Virus record (IMG/VR): IMGVR_UViG_3300021495_000067
DNA: 20,000 nucleotides
From: an uncultured virus (IMG/VR IMGVR_UViG_3300021495_000067)
Taxonomy: Duplodnaviria > Heunggongvirae > Uroviricota > Caudoviricetes
Strand: one strand, 5' to 3'
Shown here: piece by piece, positions 17,184 through 20,000 of the stretch
How the letters are laid out: the number at the start of each line of letters is the position of its first letter
Position numbering within the stretch: position 1 is the first letter of the stretch
Notes under the pieces: generated by a model
What the model saw: only the letters and a program-made list of their open reading frames with translations
Told to the model about the DNA's origin: nothing
Database searches by the model: none
Translations under genes and position numbers: made by a program

Positions 17184-18268
17184 TCTAACACCTCTATTAG
17201 TTTTTTAATCCTCTTTCTGAACTCTCTTATATCATACTTCTTAGCATAACTCTGAATCTCCTCAATATCCCAATCGCATTTCTGGAACTCTCTTATTGCT
17301 TTTTCTAATCCCTTTGGTGTAGCCTGTTCAGCAAATAAACCATTAATATAAGGTTTGATTTGGTATTGAGTATATCCTTCTCTCACTCCTATCACAGGCT
17401 TACCACTCGCAAATGCCTCTATTGGTGCAATACCGAAATCCTCTTGCATCGGTATTGAAATCAGTGCCGTGCAGTTCACTAATAAAATTTGTTTCTGCTT
17501 TTCTGATACACTACCTAAAATTTTGATATTGGAATACCCTCTTATCAATTTTTTAAATCGCTCTGTCCCTGAACCTGCTACATACAAACTTTTATCTGGC
17601 AAATTTTTAAATGCTTCGATAATTACATCCACTCGCTTTTCTGGATTGGCACGAGATAGCGACAAAAAATATTCGCTATCACTCTCCCATCTGTAATTCT
17701 CAGTATAGACAGGTGGATAGATAACTTCAGATTCTCTACCAAAGTATCGTCTTATTCGTGCTTGTGTTATTTCCGAATTGGTTACATATTTATCAATATA
17801 CCTATCCACTGTTAAATCCCATGTTCGCCACCACTGTGCCCAGAATTTTGCTAATAGTTTAGGCTGATACCATTTAAGCATATTCATCCTTTCTCTATGA
17901 ATATCGTATAACCATCTCGGCGGACTATGCATATAATTGATAACATACTGCTCTGGTGTTGGTATATAAGACCGACTGAGAACACCACTTGAAAAAATTA
18001 CGTCATATTCGGATAAGCCAAGTTGCTCGAAATCAAAGCAAATCAGAGCTGTTTCTATGACTTCTCTATGTATTATCTTACTATACCACGATTTTAAATA
18101 TTTTCTCTGCTGAAATGGTATAATTCTAATATCTTTGCCATATTCCTTTGCTTCATCTGTTATATAAGGTGTATATAGGGGCGCTTTTAATGTTTTTGCT
18201 ATTTCTGAACTGAGATACTCGCCTCCTCCTTTCTCAATGAATCTATCATGCAAAACTGCTATTTTCAT
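17180..18268 (-). CDS. GT4 (GT-B) glycosyltransferase
   Basis: MKIAVLHD..GGGE, YMHSPPRWLYD, VIYPPV, EDFGIAPIEAFASGKPVI. Confidence 0.93.
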   Translation of the reverse strand: MKIAVLHDRFIEKGGGEYLSSEIAKTLKAPLYTPYITDEAKEYGKDIRIIPFQQRKYLKSWYSKIIHREVIETALICFDFEQLGLSEYDVIFSSGVLSRSYIPTPEQYVINYMHSPPRWLYDIHRERMNMLKWYQPKLLAKFWAQWWRTWDLTVDRYIDKYVTNSEITQARIRRYFGRESEVIYPPVYTENYRWESDSEYFLSLSRANPEKRVDVIIEAFKNLPDKSLYVAGSGTERFKKLIRGYSNIKILGSVSEKQKQILLVNCTALISIPMQEDFGIAPIEAFASGKPVIGVREGYTQYQIKPYINGLFAEQATPKGLEKAIREFQKCDWDIEEIQSYAKKYDIREFRKRIKKLIEVLE

Positions 18269-18272
18269 TTCT

Positions 18273-18398
18273 CTACCCTTCTAATGCGTCAATATTCTTA
18301 CTACCACATCGTGGACAGCATTCAGGTCTTGTCTCTATGCCCTGTCTAACCCATATAAAAATATTCCCACAATCTAAGCATATCCATGCACTACCCAT
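18273..18398 (-). CDS. 41-aa Zn-ribbon protein (MGSAWICLDCGNIFIWVRQGIETRPECCPRCGSKNIDALEG)
   Basis: Below the ORF-track cutoff; GGAGGTGA RBS; CxxCG..CPxCG. Confidence 0.8.
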   Translation of the reverse strand: MGSAWICLDCGNIFIWVRQGIETRPECCPRCGSKNIDALEG

Positions 18399-18403
18399 TT
18401 TTC

Positions 18404-18571
18404 TCACCTCCTAAATTCTTCTCTAACTTTCTTAACTATATCCACTAACTTTTTAAGTTCTTCATTGCTCCATACACCTATAACTGTGATTTTCTTGCCT
18501 TTGTTCTCAATTATCGCTGAGCCTCGCTTCGATTTCACTGATACCCTATCATCTTTAACTTCTATCTCCAT
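18404..18571 (-). CDS. 55-aa hypothetical protein (MEIEVKDDRVSVKSKRGSAIIENKGKKITVIGVWSNEELKKLVDIVKKVREEFRR)
   Basis: Below the ORF-track cutoff; fills the gap between neighbours and its stop lies in the next RBS. Confidence 0.75.
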   Translation of the reverse strand: MEIEVKDDRVSVKSKRGSAIIENKGKKITVIGVWSNEELKKLVDIVKKVREEFRR

Positions 18572-18573
18572 TT

Positions 18574-18750
18574 TTAAATCTCAGAAATCAGCACTCTATC
18601 ACATTTTCTGCATTGGTAACGCCTGTTATGCCCCTCAAACCCCCTTGCTATTACTTCTCCTCCACAATAAGGACACTTCTCAGGTATCTTGCCTAACAGG
18701 TAGTATTTTATTTTCCACCATCTATCATAGATTGGTTTGCTTTTCTTCAT
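18574..18750 (-). CDS. 58-aa Zn-ribbon protein (start revised to ATG 18750)
   Basis: CPYCGG..YQCRKC; GGAGGTGA RBS. Confidence 0.8.
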   Translation of the reverse strand: MKKSKPIYDRWWKIKYYLLGKIPEKCPYCGGEVIARGFEGHNRRYQCRKCDRVLISEI

Positions 18751-19278
18751 TTTGTTCACCTCCATTCTTCCTCTTCTTTTTCCAATTTTTTACATTTCTC
18801 TTTCCATTCATCGCTTGTAAAACCTTCATAAAGTTTGCTTATCACGCACACTATCTCTTTCCACTCTCGTTCTATTTTTTCTTTTTCTTCTCGTATTGGT
18901 CCAAAACCATATAAGATTTTCATCAAAACTTTATTATTCAGTATTGGTCTCTGTAAAGACTCTACATTAGCAATAAGAAAATTAACATAATCCCTTATTT
19001 TAATGACTTCTTCTTTATTCTCCTCTCTAAAATCTTCATAACTGTATTTAGTGGATTTTTGAACCCATCCAGTGTCATGTCTATGTAACTTCTCATGGCA
19101 TTTTTTGCACAAAATAACGAATATCTCTGGATTATAAGACAAATGATGGACTTGAAGATTAGTTCTGCTTTTGCATAAAGAACATTCTCCACTCAATACC
19201 TTTATTTGACTTGTTCCTTTATGATAATGCAAATAAAGCGAGTTTTTATTTGCTTGGTTGTTCATTTTGTTCACCTCC
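18746..19278. repeat. Perfect 18-bp direct repeat TTCATTTTGTTCACCTCC at 18746..18763 and 19261..19278 flanking the HNH gene
   Basis: Direct reading; the minus-strand sequence is GGAGGTGAACAAAATGAA (RBS plus start). Confidence 0.85.
18756..19265 (-). CDS. HNH endonuclease-domain protein (start revised to ATG 19265)
   Basis: CSLC..LQVHH..VILCKKCHEKLH; helical C-terminal region; GGAGGTGA RBS. Confidence 0.85.
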   Translation of the reverse strand: MNNQANKNSLYLHYHKGTSQIKVLSGECSLCKSRTNLQVHHLSYNPEIFVILCKKCHEKLHRHDTGWVQKSTKYSYEDFREENKEEVIKIRDYVNFLIANVESLQRPILNNKVLMKILYGFGPIREEKEKIEREWKEIVCVISKLYEGFTSDEWKEKCKKLEKEEEEWR

Positions 19279-19476
19279 TATTATTTTAACTACTGTTCTC
19301 GCCTTATCAACCACTATTACCGATCCACCACCAAATAAAGTAATCGCTGTTAGATACCTGCATAGTTCTGATAAATTTATTATCGGTAGGCTTACTAACA
19401 ATATAGTCATTACTATACCGAGAACGCCTATTGCTAAACCTAAAAACCATAAAATAGCCCCTAAAATGTTTTTCAT
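19246..19476 (-). CDS. Small two-TM membrane protein
   Basis: Two hydrophobic segments; overlaps the HNH start. Confidence 0.7.
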   Translation of the reverse strand: MKNILGAILWFLGLAIGVLGIVMTILLVSLPIINLSELCRYLTAITLFGGGSVIVVDKARTVVKIIGGEQNEQPSK

Positions 19477-19529
19477 TTTTCCTATTTCTCAAGGTAACTC
19501 ATATCATTTAATATTATTATCTCTTGGAA

Positions 19530-19715
19530 TCAAGAGATTACTCCTTTGTATTTCAACCTCACTATTAATGTTACTATGCAAAGAAAAGCAACTATAAACA
19601 GTAAGCATCCTAAAAGTGGTAGATGTTCAATTAGCTCTGATGGTATTGCTATTGCTAATAGCATATCCAGAACCAGCACTGAGATTAGAATCCATGTTGT
19701 AATATCCTTTTTCAT
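19530..19715 (-). CDS. Small two-TM membrane protein
   Basis: GGAGGT RBS; hydrophobic hairpin. Confidence 0.75.
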   Translation of the reverse strand: MKKDITTWILISVLVLDMLLAIAIPSELIEHLPLLGCLLFIVAFLCIVTLIVRLKYKGVIS

Positions 19716-19720
19716 TTTAT

Positions 19721-19992
<272 letters not shown>

Positions 19993-20000
19993 AGTTTTCT

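Noticed and set aside
18995..19492. Alternative-frame minus ORFs 18995..19192 and 19307..19492
   Set aside because: Overlap the HNH and membrane genes, which tile the region properly.
19519..19538. Perfect 8-bp hairpin ATCTCTTG-GAAT-CAAGAGAT over a stop codon
   Set aside because: Short and AT-rich with no U-tract on the coding strand; could be chance, so no function is assigned.

Overview
A gene-dense, AT-rich segment in which every credible gene is on the minus strand, with archaeal GGAGGTGA ribosome-binding sites and TATA-box promoters. It is best read as part of an archaeal virus genome, most likely spindle (lemon)-shaped; a euryarchaeal/Halobacteriota host such as ANME-1 or a methanogen relative is an inference. 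In transcription order (right to left) there are four blocks. (1) Small early-type genes: RHH-like, membrane, HNH and Zn-ribbon proteins. (2) A glycosylation island: GT4, FkbM methyltransferase, GT-A, GT-C, a frameshifted metallophosphoesterase and an HprK-like kinase. (3) A stand-alone Pol-beta-family nucleotidyltransferase. (4) A morphogenesis module: hydrophobic-hairpin capsid protein paralogues, a DUF2341/lectin adhesin, Ig-like secreted and membrane proteins, and a P-loop ATPase with a C-terminal HTH. The top observation is internal homology among three secreted proteins that suggests a virus-encoded base-shaft-tip fibre built by donor-strand complementation. Also notable are a C-terminal amphipathic helix shared by the nucleotidyltransferase and two tandem paralogues, and prepilin-peptidase-like cleavage sites on capsid proteins. 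No replicase, integrase, tRNA or CRISPR array was seen. All assignments are by eye from motifs; no searches were run.
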